Positions 12,696-25,500 of a stretch of DNA of 64,000 bases are shown piece by piece; position 1 is the stretch's first letter, and each line of letters begins with the position of its first letter. Source of the stretch: Octopus sinensis (Eukaryota); assembly GCF_006345805.1 (NCBI RefSeq), contig NC_042998.1, positions 185,814,001 to 185,878,000 on the forward strand, read 5' to 3'. The notes under the pieces were generated by a model that saw only the letters and a program-made list of their open reading frames with translations, searched no databases and was not told where the DNA came from. The translations under genes were made by a program, and so were the position numbers.

Positions 12696-13655
12696 TAGTA
12701 AGTTATCCAATTTCAATTCCTTTGATAAAATGCTCAGGGGCTACTTGGATAAACCTCCACATGTTTTAGAAAATGGAAAAGCAAAAAGATACCACGAAAC
12801 TTTAGCATACAGAAAATTCACCAGATAACACGAAATAAACCTGACAAGTATCTATGGTAAAAATGTCAATAGTATACTAATTATCGACATAGCAATACCA
12901 AATAATTATAAGTTGTGTAAAACTGAGCTGTGAAGTCAATGAATTATAACGATTATGCTAAATTTAAATATCACCGCATCTATTAATTAAGAAATGCATC
13001 AGTTATTTAATTTGTAATTGGAATAATTGGGATGATACTCAGCTATTTCTGTAAAAGATATTCACAGATTACCTTAAAGGATAGATATAGGTTTGTCTCA
13101 AAAAGTAGTTAAAACTAGAATCTGTAATCATTAGGGTATTTTCATAGAGAGTTTGTTAACGTGTTTTATGCATGTTCACGCTTTGAACAAAGAAAATCCT
13201 CGATCTATTTCTCGGCCCATTAATTCTGAAAATGATAACCGTAATACCTTTTTTTTTTTTCTTTTTTTATCACTCCAAGGATGATAAATGGAAAACATTA
13301 CTACGCCGAGTTTGACAATAATTGCTTGCCAGTAGTCTCAAGAGAGCCATAAGTGCTGTTCAGCCTTGTCACATTGTACCACGCTGATTCCGCCCAAGAA
13401 TTACGTTAAAGGGACGCGTGTCTCTAGACTATCCAGCTACTTGTACGCTAATTCAATGGACAACTGAACACTGATGGCTGGAAATTGAGACCAACTTTCT
13501 TTACGTATATAAAATCAGAAAGGCGATAGCAAATGCAGATAGAACATTAAACACAAAAAATAATAACGACAAAGATATTGAAATGTTACGTTAGAAATAT
13601 TTAATTAATCCCTATATTTTAAGTTCAAAACTCCTTTGCAATAGCTTTAAAGAAC

Positions 13656-13800
<145 letters not shown>

Positions 13801-14371
13801 TTGTCTTTGCCATTTGACCATTCTAACATCTAGACCACCAAAGGCTAGAATAGAGATAACTGACCGCCAACGAAATCTATTGTTCTCAACAATATGTCTA
13901 TCCTTCTGACTGGTTTTGGATAGTTATAAAAACAAGAACTCCGTAAGACAAAGTAAGTTAGTGAGAACCGAGTCTGGCTGACTGGCTGAACAAAACACTG
14001 TCTCTAAAGGAAAAGACACAAAGGGACAACTATGGTAACTTACCAACGAAGCAGTTGTTTCGTCCCACCACTCACTTTCATTAGTTCACTTTCTTTTCTC
14101 TGTAACATTACCATCTCTCTCTATATATACTACTATGAGATCGTGTATGCTTTTCCACTTACTAGTTATACATAGCAACCCGTTGTGGTTTTGGATATAT
14201 ACAAAGTAAAGGTAAATCAATATCTCTTTACAACTTCAATCACTGTTCTTCATCCATCTTGCATACTGGCAACCAACACCTTAACAACAGCCGTTACAAT
14301 TCTTGACCCTCGACTGCAACGAATAACAAACCGTTACACTCACACACACACGCACGCACACACACACACAC

Positions 14372-14402
<31 letters not shown>

Positions 14403-14526
14403 ACACACACACACATACACACACAAACACACACACACACACACATATATATAGTTTGTAGAAAAGATAAATCCGGAGATGTACAGCAGTATAATTTTTT
14501 ACTGGGGAAGGCTGTTGGATTGAGAC

Positions 14527-14565
<39 letters not shown>

Positions 14566-14581
14566 TATATAATATAATATA

Positions 14582-14746
14582 CTGACAGACGCACCCGGCG
14601 TTGCCCGGGAGTGAACATTTTCCTTTCATATTAGAAGAAAAAAGCAAAATATGTTGTATAGAAATTTGTTATTCTAAATTCAATTTATTCTTTAATTGGG
14701 AAATCAACTCTGAATTCATAATACAAAATAATAATAATAATAATAA

Positions 14747-14793
<47 letters not shown>

Positions 14794-16140
14794 TAATAAT
14801 AATAATAGTAATGATGATGATGATAATGATTAACGAAAATACAAATTTTACCACTTTTATGAAAGGAGATAAATTCTACCACATATGTTGAAGGAAATTA
14901 TTTAAGAGCTTCTGGGTAAACAACATTCTTTGATTTCTGGTTTGGAACATTGATAAATAAGTCTTGCAAACTACATTCCCTGGAGCAACGATCATAAAGT
15001 TGACCATGAGCAAAGCAAGCCTGTAGATTTCAAAGACTGACCTTGAGCTTTATTAATAGACATAGCAAAGCAAAGTCGCATGAAGAATTGTGTTCGTTTG
15101 AACTCAAATGGCATGTCTGTTGGTTTGATTGGAATTCTTGGAATGAAAACCTCTACCCCAGAGGTACATCCAATGACGATTCTGTGACCTTCGGGGATAA
15201 TGTCTTCACAACCAGCCTTGTCCCATTGCATAATTTAGGAGGATCTAAATTTCTTAGAAGCATTATTTGGACTCCTACCTTCAGAAAAAGTTTATGTGGA
15301 AGAATTCCAGGTGGCTCAAGAGAATTAAAGAACTCCGTTGGGTAATGGACAGCTTGATTTTCATCAAGGATTTGTATTTCTTAATGGCTGTTGAAATCTT
15401 ATTCATTACTTCTTGTTTAATCCTTGCTACTGACTCATTGTTTGGAATAAGAATCGCCCTTTTCACACAACCATTTATGTGAATTATAATTATTACTTAA
15501 GTCTGGAAATTCCTTGTTCTTCAATTCAGCTGGGGAATTCACCATGATAGCAATATGCGCCAAACTGATATCACCATTCCCATCAAATGGTACTTTCCCA
15601 TTTCCTATTTGGAGGAACCAGGTTGAAAACTGTTTTGCACATTGGTCCCCATGTAATGAAGCTCACATGTTAATATTGAAGGAGAATTTCAGTACTTTAT
15701 TCCATAGGTCTGAAGACTTGATGCATGCTTTTATTTCATCAGATCTTGTTCGTCTCAGAATGACTGGTAATGTCTGTCTGAAGTCTCCTGATAAAATTAA
15801 TGTAACTCCTTCCATAGATTTATTGTTGCCTCTGATGTCCTGTAAGGTCTTACCAAGAGCTTCCATTGCACCCCTATGTGACATGGTGCATTCATCCCTA
15901 ATAATCAGGTGGCATTGGCGCAACACTTCTGCTGAATCTGAATCTTTGCTTATGTTACAAATTAGACTGTCACTCGTGACCAGGTTTAGTGGTTATTTAA
16001 AAGCAAAGCCAGACAATGGTACAGCAACTGCAATTCTTTTTTGTTGCTTTACATTGGAGAGAAGCAATGTTACAAATATTTTACCTGTGCCACCAGAAGC
16101 ATCAAGAGAGAAAATTCCTCTGTTTTTTTCTGACGATTTT
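14582..16140 (-). mobile_element. Helitron 3' half with Pif1-family helicase pseudogene
   Basis: Minus-strand motifs: ASGGTGK (Walker A), IIRDECTM, SGDFRQTLPV, QIGNG, YPTEFFNSLEPPG, LLRNLDPPKLCNGTRL, FAMSINKAQGQSL, with frameshifts and stops. Terminal hairpin cccgggcaacgccggg (14594-14609) followed by ...ctgtcag|T. No Rep domain seen. Confidence 0.95.
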
Positions 16141-16242
16141 GGAACGCTGCATGCACACGCGCGCATACACACACATGCACACACACAGATACATATAATA
16201 CAGTATCAAACAACAGGTGAAATGGACGTGCGTGTGTGTATG

Positions 16243-16282
<40 letters not shown>

Positions 16283-16346
16283 GGTGTTGTCATGTATACG
16301 TACATACATAAATAGACATACATCTTTCTTGTATGTACGTGTGCGT

Positions 16347-16378
<32 letters not shown>

Positions 16379-16387
16379 TTGCCACTT

Positions 16388-16433
<46 letters not shown>

Positions 16434-17099
16434 TACATGCAAAAAACATGTATGCATATGTATTTATGTATGTTCATATACATCACAACACACCCCTTCA
16501 TTCACACATACACAGACACACACACACATACATAAATGTATAGAAACGTACATGCAAAAACACACGTGTGCGTGTGTGACTGACTACAAATACATGGAGC
16601 TGAACACGGCGGGAAAAAGAATATAAATAAATAAATTTTACGGAAATTAACGAAATGTGCGAATTCAAGTAAAATGCCCATATTTTTTGGACGCCCAATG
16701 TTGAATTGCAAAATTTTAACGTGATATTTGTGTTATAAAGAAATCAAACCTGGTGAGAAAGAGAGAGAGAGGGAGAGAGAGAGAGAGAGAGAGAAGGAGA
16801 GAGAAGGAGAGAGAGGGAGGAGAGAGAGAGAACATTGCAAACAATGAATGAGATAGACATGGAATGAAAAAATAAAAGCACGTTAAAAATTATCTTGTGC
16901 CGAATATTTAAATTTGTGAACTTAGTAAATATTTCTTTCAATAATCTACCGTAGTTGTTTACTAATAGCGAATTAAAACTTGAAATGAAAACATTAAAAT
17001 TAGACCGGGTCGCTAATTCCGCATCAGTCAATGTCCAACAGATCAGTACGCCGTTTATCGTCGCAGATTTTATTACTGATAAGATGTACCTAATAATCA

Positions 17100-17418
17100 T
17101 TTCTACATCAACCTCAGTGTTTCACTGGTATATAATTTATGGACCCCGAAAGGATGAAAGGCAAAGTCAACCTCGGCTGAATTTGAACTCAGAATGCAGC
17201 GACGGGCGAAATACCTATTTCTTTACTACCCATAAGGACAGACAAACGGATTAAGTCGATTACATCGACCCCAGTGTGTAATTGATACTTAATTTATCGA
17301 CTCCGAAAGGATGAAAGGCAAAGTCGACCTTGGCGGAATTTGAACTCAGAACGTAACGGCAGACGAAATACCGCTAAGCATTTCGTCCGGGGTGCTAACG
17401 ATTCTGCCAGCTCGCAGC
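17100..17418 (-). mobile_element. SINE-A dimer
   Basis: Head at ~17418, junction gacgggcgaaatacctatttctttactaccc at ~17200-17231, partly deleted tail. Confidence 0.85.
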
Positions 17419-17529
17419 TTTAAGGATGTACATAATAAAAATAACGATAGCTAAGTAGGTATAAGACTATAAATTAGCAGGATCGATAACTAGAGTCGAT
17501 TTTAAAATACTCCAGTTCTTTACTGCTGC

Positions 17530-17753
17530 ATATTTCATTGATTTCAAATTTTGGCACAGAGCCAGCAATTTTCGAGGGAGGGGATAAGTCGATTACATCG
17601 ACCCCAGTACTCAACTGGTACTTATTTCATCGACCTCGAATGAATGAAAGGCAAGTTGACCTCCGCGGAATTCGAACTCAAAACGTAAAGATGGACGAAA
17701 TGCCGCTAAACATCTTGCCTGGCGAGCTAACCATTCTGCCAGCTCGTCGCCTT
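17530..17753 (-). mobile_element. Older SINE-A monomer with older tail type
   Basis: Same head and body; tail aattgctggctctgtgccaaaatttgaaatc on the minus strand. Confidence 0.85.
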
Positions 17754-18036
17754 TAATGATGCTTATTTTATTGACCATTGAAGTATTGATAACTTGCTGA
17801 GGATGGCGATGCCTTTCATCCTTCTGGTGATGATGAAGCGAGTGGTAGTGGTTCTGGTGGTGGTGGTGGTTGTGGTGGTGGTGGTAGTAGTAGTAGTAGT
17901 ATAGTAGTAGTAGTAGTAGTAGTAGTGGTCAATGTTTGAAGTGTTTGAAATCGACTGAAGCCCTCCAAACTTCCAGTATGGTGCAATATTAGAAATCAAT
18001 ACCAATAAATATTAGCTGTTGTTAGTCGTGTTCGTG

Positions 18037-18069
<33 letters not shown>

Positions 18070-18616
18070 ACGACGACGAGGGTAAGGAGGAAGATGAGGA
18101 CGAGGATGAGGATTTACAATCGTAAATAAATACCTTGTACGTTGTTTCACTTTACTCATGAGTGTTTCCACATCATCATCAGTCATTCCTTTGATTTGTT
18201 GTAAGAAAACAATTTCGTAGCGTGCAACAATCTGTAAAACAAATATAGAGAAAGAATGATAAATATTGCTGTATATACACGTTAAAAAAAAATCTGCAAG
18301 AACTTTAATTTCAGAGCAGAGTATTCAATAACATGAAAGAGCCTGGAAATGTCTGTTTATTCAGATGATGGTACACACACACACACGCACACACACACGC
18401 ACACACACACGCACACACACACACACACACACACGCACACACACACACACACACACACACCACACACACACACACAAGCACGCACGCACAGATGCACGCA
18501 CACACACATGCGCAAGCTCACACGTTGTTGACTCCTGAAAAAGTACTCAATCCGAAATGTATGTTGGATTTTCCACTCTCCGCACCAAGTTCACAGTACA
18601 CTTATGGTCGATTTTA

Positions 18617-18661
<45 letters not shown>

Positions 18662-18779
18662 TATATATATATACAGGACGCGATGGTAAATTGTCACTAT
18701 TTTTTATTTTTAATTTCACGTAGGCACATTATTTTTGATTTTGTCGACTACACAGCATAGTAGGGTTAGTTGGGCACCG

Positions 18780-19430
18780 TCTGTGAGAAAAATAGCATTA
18801 TAACGCAATTCACTCTGCTAGAAATTTGGAAACATACTGTACTGCTTGGCATCCCAGCCGGAAGCTCCATTATGAACAATATGAACATATGAAATAAATT
18901 TAGAAAATCCCTGTTTTGGAATACATTAATAAACACCAACTGAAGGAATACTGGTGGAATATTCCCACCAAGACGTCTGTTAAATGCAAGCATAACAGGC
19001 CGGATATTGTTGTTTGGTACAGAGGGGCAAAGGAATGTACCATCATAGAGGTCAGCTGCTCTGCAGATATAAATATCTCTTTGAAAATCGAAGAAAAAGA
19101 AGATATCTATGGACAACTGCTTCAAACCTTCCAGCTTCTATATCCAGATTATGAATTCAAATTCATACCAATAATAATTGGAACACTAGCTTTTGTTAGT
19201 AAATGCTTAATGGAGACGTGGATAAACTGGGATTTTCAGAAAGAAAAATTGACCGGCTGATTCGTACATTACAAGTCCAATCTGTGAGTAGAACATTAAA
19301 AATATGCAAGACTTTTTTCAAATTCCAAATGTGAATTTGTCTGTGTTAACTACACCCCAAAGATGGAGTCTTGTATCTTTGTTGGAAACCGGCTCCCTCC
19401 TCAGTGGAAGATTTATAGTAAAAAAAAAGA
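18780..19430 (+). mobile_element. R4/Dong-type RLE LINE 3' fragment
   Basis: ORF 18916-19260: KCKHNRPDIVVW...IIEVSC...KEDIY...FIPIIIGTL (PD-(D/E)xK-type RLE); the 3' end runs into (CATA)n at 19431. Confidence 0.9.
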
Positions 19431-21436
19431 CATACATACATACATACTCCCACATGTATAAAATAATTATTTGATAAAACTATAAAATATTTTTTTTAAA
19501 AATGATACCTCTAAAATATTCATTATTAATTCACTAAAATCAACTTATGAATAATCAAAAATAAAAGTTCACACTTATTTGTTTATTTCTTTTTAGTTTT
19601 TAGTAACAGCCATATTTCGTCTGCAAAACATTGAATAAGTTACTTAAAAGGAGCCAACTCAGTATTTTATAATGATCAGAAATATTGATTAAACCCTTTC
19701 GTTACAATTTTTCTATCTAAATTACATTCCAATGTGTGTTAACTATATTCTAAAATAATTGTAAATTTAGTCTGGTTTCATAAAACAATTACAATGTTTT
19801 TATCAATGAATATATTAAAGTGCTTTTTTTTTTACAACTTAAAAGGTTCGTCTATAAATCTATTATGGATTTTGTTTCAAAACTACTTTAATTGCAGGTA
19901 AAACCTGTGCTATATAGTTATTTAAATTTTGTTTAAATATCATCGTAAAAAAATGAATTATTATTCAAAATATTACATAGACTACTGAATCTCCTTTATC
20001 ATACTTTGTGGGGAAAATGCCTTAATTTAGTCCAGTTCATTCTCTTTGTTTATATTTTGCATAACGATTATTCACCGACGTTATTATATGGAACATTGGA
20101 ACTGGAATAAATCGAAGTTGTAACAATGTTAGATGAATGAGAACGAAAACTTTCAGTTTTATGTGTGCATTTGTTATATTTTCACGAATTTACATTGTCT
20201 CTCTTGTTTACCAGGTACTTTGTGGCAATTTCCTGTTACTGGATTGTAAACGCATAGCCTTCAAAGCGTGATGTAGTGGTCTTGTGTCCAAAAAGAGACT
20301 GCACTCCGTGTCAATTCTACTGTCTTCTTCAAGCTTCCGGGCAACATTACTGTTCCAGGAAAAGAGAATTAAGTTATGTTCACGAGTACCGTTCAAGGCA
20401 GAAAAAGAAAATGGATGTTCAAGAGAACACTAGAAACGTGTCTGAGGAAGTGGTGAGTGTTTTAGAGTTAGCAGTGACAGTTGTTTTCATAATCCAGCAT
20501 TTTGACAGTCAGAACTGTGGTTACTTCAAAAGACCGAGAATTTGCCGGCAGTTACACTTCGTTCATGATGTACCGTTTATCATTCAAATTTTCCTTTACT
20601 TTGTCGTAAGATCTGGTCTCTAGAGTCCCAGAACAAATCTTATTGGAGAGATCTGTGATAACGTCATCACTCAAAAAATCCAGGATGTGTTTCTTGTAAT
20701 TTGATTGGCTAGATTTTCGCTGACGTAATCGCTCACTTTGAAAGATCCTATTTGTTCCTTTACGCACACATTTCCAGAGAAAGCAGGAGAGCTTAAAATT
20801 TAGGTAGAGACCTGCTACAGGTAAATAATAATTGGGTGCAGTTTCTGAAAATTTTCGAGAAAAAACAGTTTAATTAAAAAGTTTTTCCGCCCGCCATTTT
20901 AAGAATATTTATATATGCTGTAATATGTGGATTTACAGAATAAAGTGTGGCGTTGTAACACAGGAAGACTTAAAGACAGGGATTTGTTTGGTGTGAGAGA
21001 CGGCGTAAGGTTTTGCCTACTTAAAGAGACTGGTTGGTGGGATAGGTGATGGTATGATGGACTGGCACAATGTGATTTAACGAATCGCATTGGAGTTTAG
21101 ATTACACACACACACACACACACACATACATACACACACACACACATTCACACACGCATACACACATACACAAACAAACACGCACACATAAACACATGCA
21201 CACAAGCACATATTGCCAATAGCTTCATAATATAGATTATTTCTTACATTGATACTTTATCACAATTATGTATATATGCATGCATGTATGTATGTATGCA
21301 TGCATGTGTGTATGCATGCATGTATGTATGCATGCATGTATGTATGCATACATGTGTGTCAATGTATATATATTCCCTCATTGTGTGTCTGTGTGTGTGG
21401 ATTTGTGTGTCTGTGTGTGTGGATTTGTGTATATAT

Positions 21437-21469
<33 letters not shown>

Positions 21470-21489
21470 GTATGTATATATATATAGTT

Positions 21490-21695
21490 AATCCAAACAT
21501 GAAAACACAAAGAGAAAACAACAACGCGAGGACGTGGAACAAGTATAGTGTTATTGGACGCCCAGGAAATGAAAGAAAGAAGGAGGATTTAACGTTTCGA
21601 GCGGAGCTCTTAGTCAGAAACATAGGAAAAGGAAAGATCCAAGGAAGGGAAGACGGAGGAAAAAAATCGCCAACGATACACACGCGGTCACATCT
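21490..21695 (-). mobile_element. Probable Penelope-like element terminal repeat with degenerate hammerhead motif
   Basis: Minus strand 21621-21587 reads gttt CTGACTA a gagc tcc gctc GAAACGTT aaat. The PLE assignment rests on this motif only. Confidence 0.6.
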
Positions 21696-23062
21696 TCTGT
21701 TTTTTGTCTTTTACTTGTTTCACTCATTAGATTGGGGCCGTGTTGGGGCACCGCCCTGCGGAGTTTTTAGTGAAGCGAATCGACCGAATATCTAAGCGAC
21801 GGGGACGTAAACAAAATAGCACCGATTGCCAAGCTGTGGTAGCGAACGAACACCGACAAAAAGACACACACACATATGGTGGGCTACAACACTGTAAATT
21901 TACTTTCTTACTTAAATTTTACGGTAAAATAAATTAACAATTTACATTTAGTTCAAAAATAACTAATTTGCTTATATTGTTAATACCTTCACATGAGAAT
22001 ATTAAGGATATGAGCAAATTATTATTTCAGGATGGATCTGCACCGTTTACTCTTTTACTTCTACATAATATTACACTAATAAAACTTAGCTTTAATGGCT
22101 TATATTTAATCTTGCTTTCCAATCTACGAATATTGGCTGTTAAAGGAACATTGTAAAAATTCTTTAAATTCAGCTTCACGCTCCAAAATTTTGTTTTCCT
22201 ATATTTGTTTACGTATTTTTGACTGCATAATATAATGGTTCTTAGACGCTATGCCTTAATGGGAATCTAAAAATAACATTTAAGGTTTTAAAAGATTTGT
22301 CGTGAGGATGCGTTGTCACCAATGTTGTGAGGTGCTTGTTCACCAATGTCGTGATGGTTGCTTGTTTGTGTGCGTTATACTGTTAAAGTCCATTGTCATG
22401 TGGTCTAGTTCGCTGCGTGTATAAAATAAACGAGTTAACTCACGACCTTTTAACTTTTAACATATTTAATGCAGGACATGATCTACTGCGTTGGCTGTTT
22501 ACGAAATAAGATGCTAATTATATAAACTCCGACTGGGAAAAGAGAACCGCACTGTATCTTGTAGAAGGCTAGCTGTGGTACATGATGCCTAAGTGTCTGA
22601 AGTCATTTCGGGCTCGGGCTGGTCTGTCTGAGTATCCAAGGTGGTCTGGTCTTAGCGGTCAGCTTTCTGTGATTGCTCAAGTGGTGGTCTACGAGAGTGC
22701 CCGAGGCCGTCCGTCTTAGCGATCTGCTGAGGATATTTGGCGGAGTTAGGCACCAAATAGTTTTTAAAGGGTGAAAATAGGACGAATTTTAAATCACCTG
22801 AAGAGCCGTATAACATCACAGGCTCACGCTGATTGGTCGATTTATAAATCAATCACGTGAAACTATGGTAGCTCACTCGTGATCCTTAACTAAATATATT
22901 TAACAATTTGTTACTGTGCTTTAATAAAGCACAGTAACAAATTGTTTTCTTGAAATTAAGAAAGAATTTCAGCTTTAAAACATTCCATGCAAAGTGCACC
23001 AGCAATTTTACTATGAAGTCAAAAAGACTGACAATCACTGATATAATATGTGTAGGTATATA

Positions 23063-23192
23063 TATTTCTTTACTGCCCACAAGGGGCTAAACATAGAGGG
23101 GGCAAACAAGGACAGACAAAGGGATTAAGTCGATTACATCGACCCCAGTGCGAAACTGGTACTTTATTTATCGATCCCGAAAGGATGAAAAA
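23063..23192 (-). mobile_element. 5'-truncated SINE-A with Tx1-like tail and 18-bp TSD
   Basis: TSD aatatgtgtaggtatata at 23045-23062 and 23193-23210. Confidence 0.92.
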
Positions 23193-23844
23193 AATATGTG
23201 TAGGTATATAAGGTGAATGAATATATATACATATCGAGAACAAATTTTTACCAGGCTTAATTGATTTAAGATGTAACTTTGCACTTTGCTCTCATGTAAT
23301 GTATTTTACCTTTTCACTAACTTATTTCCAACGAGATGCCAGCAATCAAGTTGAAGTCAACTGATCTGGACAAGGTTATAGTTGAGTCACCACAATAGCC
23401 AAGCGGCATATTTATCAATTGAATATTGGTTTCTTTCTGCTAAGACGAAGCAGTTTTTAATATTTAAAAGAGAGGCAAGTGATGTGACGCCCCAAGAGAG
23501 TTAATAACATAAAAGAATGAAATAGTTTCTATGGAGAATTAAAAATGCCTCCTGGACTCGATTCACCGAAAGTTTACCTCTTCTTCTGCAGCGTTCGTCA
23601 TTATATTCTTTAAATATTAAACTTAATTTCTTTTAATGCAAAATATATCGTACAAATCGAAAATATGAATGTTGCACTGGCAAATCAACTCAAGCCACAG
23701 GCAGTAATTTAATACCTTCGAGCCGAATAAAAGTAATTCTATCAATTTAATAGTTATTCAATTATTTCTTCTGATTCCACTAATGCACAGCTTGGTAAAG
23801 TAGTGGTATCATCCATGACATTTTCAGGCATCACAAAGTGGAAG

Positions 23845-25080
23845 AGTTGAAGTTCTGGAAGAAGAACGATTTCGATTTTTTTTTTAGCCTGTGAAAGGCA
23901 AATTTGGTGTTCAAGAACGCAGAAGCGTATGCGTCTCACGATTTAGTGGCACTATTCACAACCCAATGTGTTCTCACGCAGTCGTCTAGGTGGAGAATTT
24001 TCTCTCGGGACTATTGTCACAGCAGGAGATCTTCTCGAGTCCGAGTGTGCTAGAGTGAGTTAAATATGACTGCATGAATATATTTTATGCAACGCTGCTT
24101 CGTGCGACTGAATTATAGCTTGACCAAGCCTTACTCTCTTCAGTACACGTATTGTATGGTGTTTCAATATAAGAACGAACGTGTTCTTTTTCGGGTTGTT
24201 TAGAGCAGATATGGTGTCCGTAGCAGACGATGAGAAAGAATGCAAATCTCTCTATATATAAAGCTGAAGTTTGGCAGGTTTGGTAGCCTTCAACTAACAC
24301 TATCTTCTCCGAGACCCTGCGGCGCAAGTTGACCAAAATTGAAAGCATGATAGAAGAAGGCTTGCTCTTCCTTCCGTAGAAGAAAAAAATTCAAATCGGA
24401 CTATGTTAAGACCAAAAATTATTTATTTCAAAAAGGTGCTTTTTTTAATGAAAATCCCTATTTTTTTACGATTTTTTTTACTGCTGTGTCGCCATTTTTC
24501 GGTGAATTTCAAACAGAGAAATGTTCACTTAAAGCTATACAATGCAAAATTTTTACTTCTCAAAAATTCCAATTCTAAAGGGTCGAAACAAACCCGAGCA
24601 ACGCTGGGTGATACTGCTAGTACATGTGAAAGCCGAATGTGTTTTCACATATATCGTCTAGTAGAAGAATTTTCTCCCGGAACTATTTCTATAGCAGGTC
24701 TTCCCATGTCCGAGTGTGGTTAATATTGCTTTACACAAATATATTTTACTCAAAGCTATTTCATGCGACTTCATTTATTTGATTCAAGCTTGATGAAGCT
24801 TCATGCTTATCAGCAAACAGACTGTTCTAATATAAGAACGAATTCGTTCTTTTCGGGTTACGAAAGGCAGATTTAGCATTCGAAGCTGACAACGCAAAAG
24901 AATGCAGAAAACCACGTTCCCCGCGATCCAATGACATCATTCACAGCCTAATGTATTTTTACACATATTGTCTTGGAGGAAAATTTTCCTTCGGGACTAT
25001 TTCTGCAGCAGAAGGTCTTCTCAAGTCTAACTGTACTTGAGTGTGTTAAAATAACTTTACATGAATATATATCTTTTATC
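23845..25080. repeat. Diverged tandem repeat, ~290-315-bp unit, ~3.7 copies, interrupted by a Helitron
   Basis: Landmarks aagaacga at 23862/24171/24834 and g(g/a)actatt at 24007/24679/24993. Confidence 0.8.
24247..24620 (+). mobile_element. Non-autonomous Helitron (~374 bp)
   Basis: A|TC start, acaaacccgagcaacgctgggtgatactgCTAG|T end; shares termini but not the interior with 984-1379. Confidence 0.88.
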
Positions 25081-25089
25081 TCTTATTTG

Positions 25090-25309
25090 TTTGAGTCATT
25101 AGCCTGCAGCCATGCTGGGGCACCGCCTTGAAGAATTTTAGTCGAACGAATCGATTCCAGTACTTACATTTCTAAGCCTGGTACTTATTCTATCGTTTTT
25201 TTCGCTGCTCCGCCAAGTTACGGGGATACAAACGCACCAACACCGGGTCTCATGGGATGGTTGGGAATAAATACAGACATAAAGGTACACATACACATAG
25301 ATACACACA

Positions 25310-25348
<39 letters not shown>

Positions 25349-25500
25349 CGGGATTTATTTTGTTTCCGTCTACCAAATCGACTTACAAGGCTTTGCTCTG
25401 CCCGCGGTTGCAGTAGAAGACATTTGCCCATGTGGTTCCCAACCACGTGGGCAAGTGGCTTGTGATTGGAAAGCAAACTCTTTTATCACAGTCACGCCTG
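25090..25500 (-). mobile_element. SINE-B
   Basis: Same head, internal (TG)n and tail as the other SINE-B copies. Confidence 0.85.

Larger units (their letters stand above)
10830..13160 (+). mobile_element. Old R4/Dong-type RLE LINE 3' relic, split by three later insertions
   Basis: Motifs in correct order: SLHGQ (~11145), QALTTRY...DDRC...H...SC...MRH-NVAK (11965-12130, CCHC region), NKPD...ILIIDIAIPN (12835-12905, RLE). Follows a (TAA)n tract at 10786-10826. Confidence 0.72.

Noticed and set aside
14161-14195. Additional Helitron 3' end (ctagt on the minus strand)
   Set aside because: Hairpin is imperfect and no matching 5' TC end was found.
22318-22860. Solo LTR
   Set aside because: TG start and higher GC, but no matching CA end with TSD, PBS or PPT.
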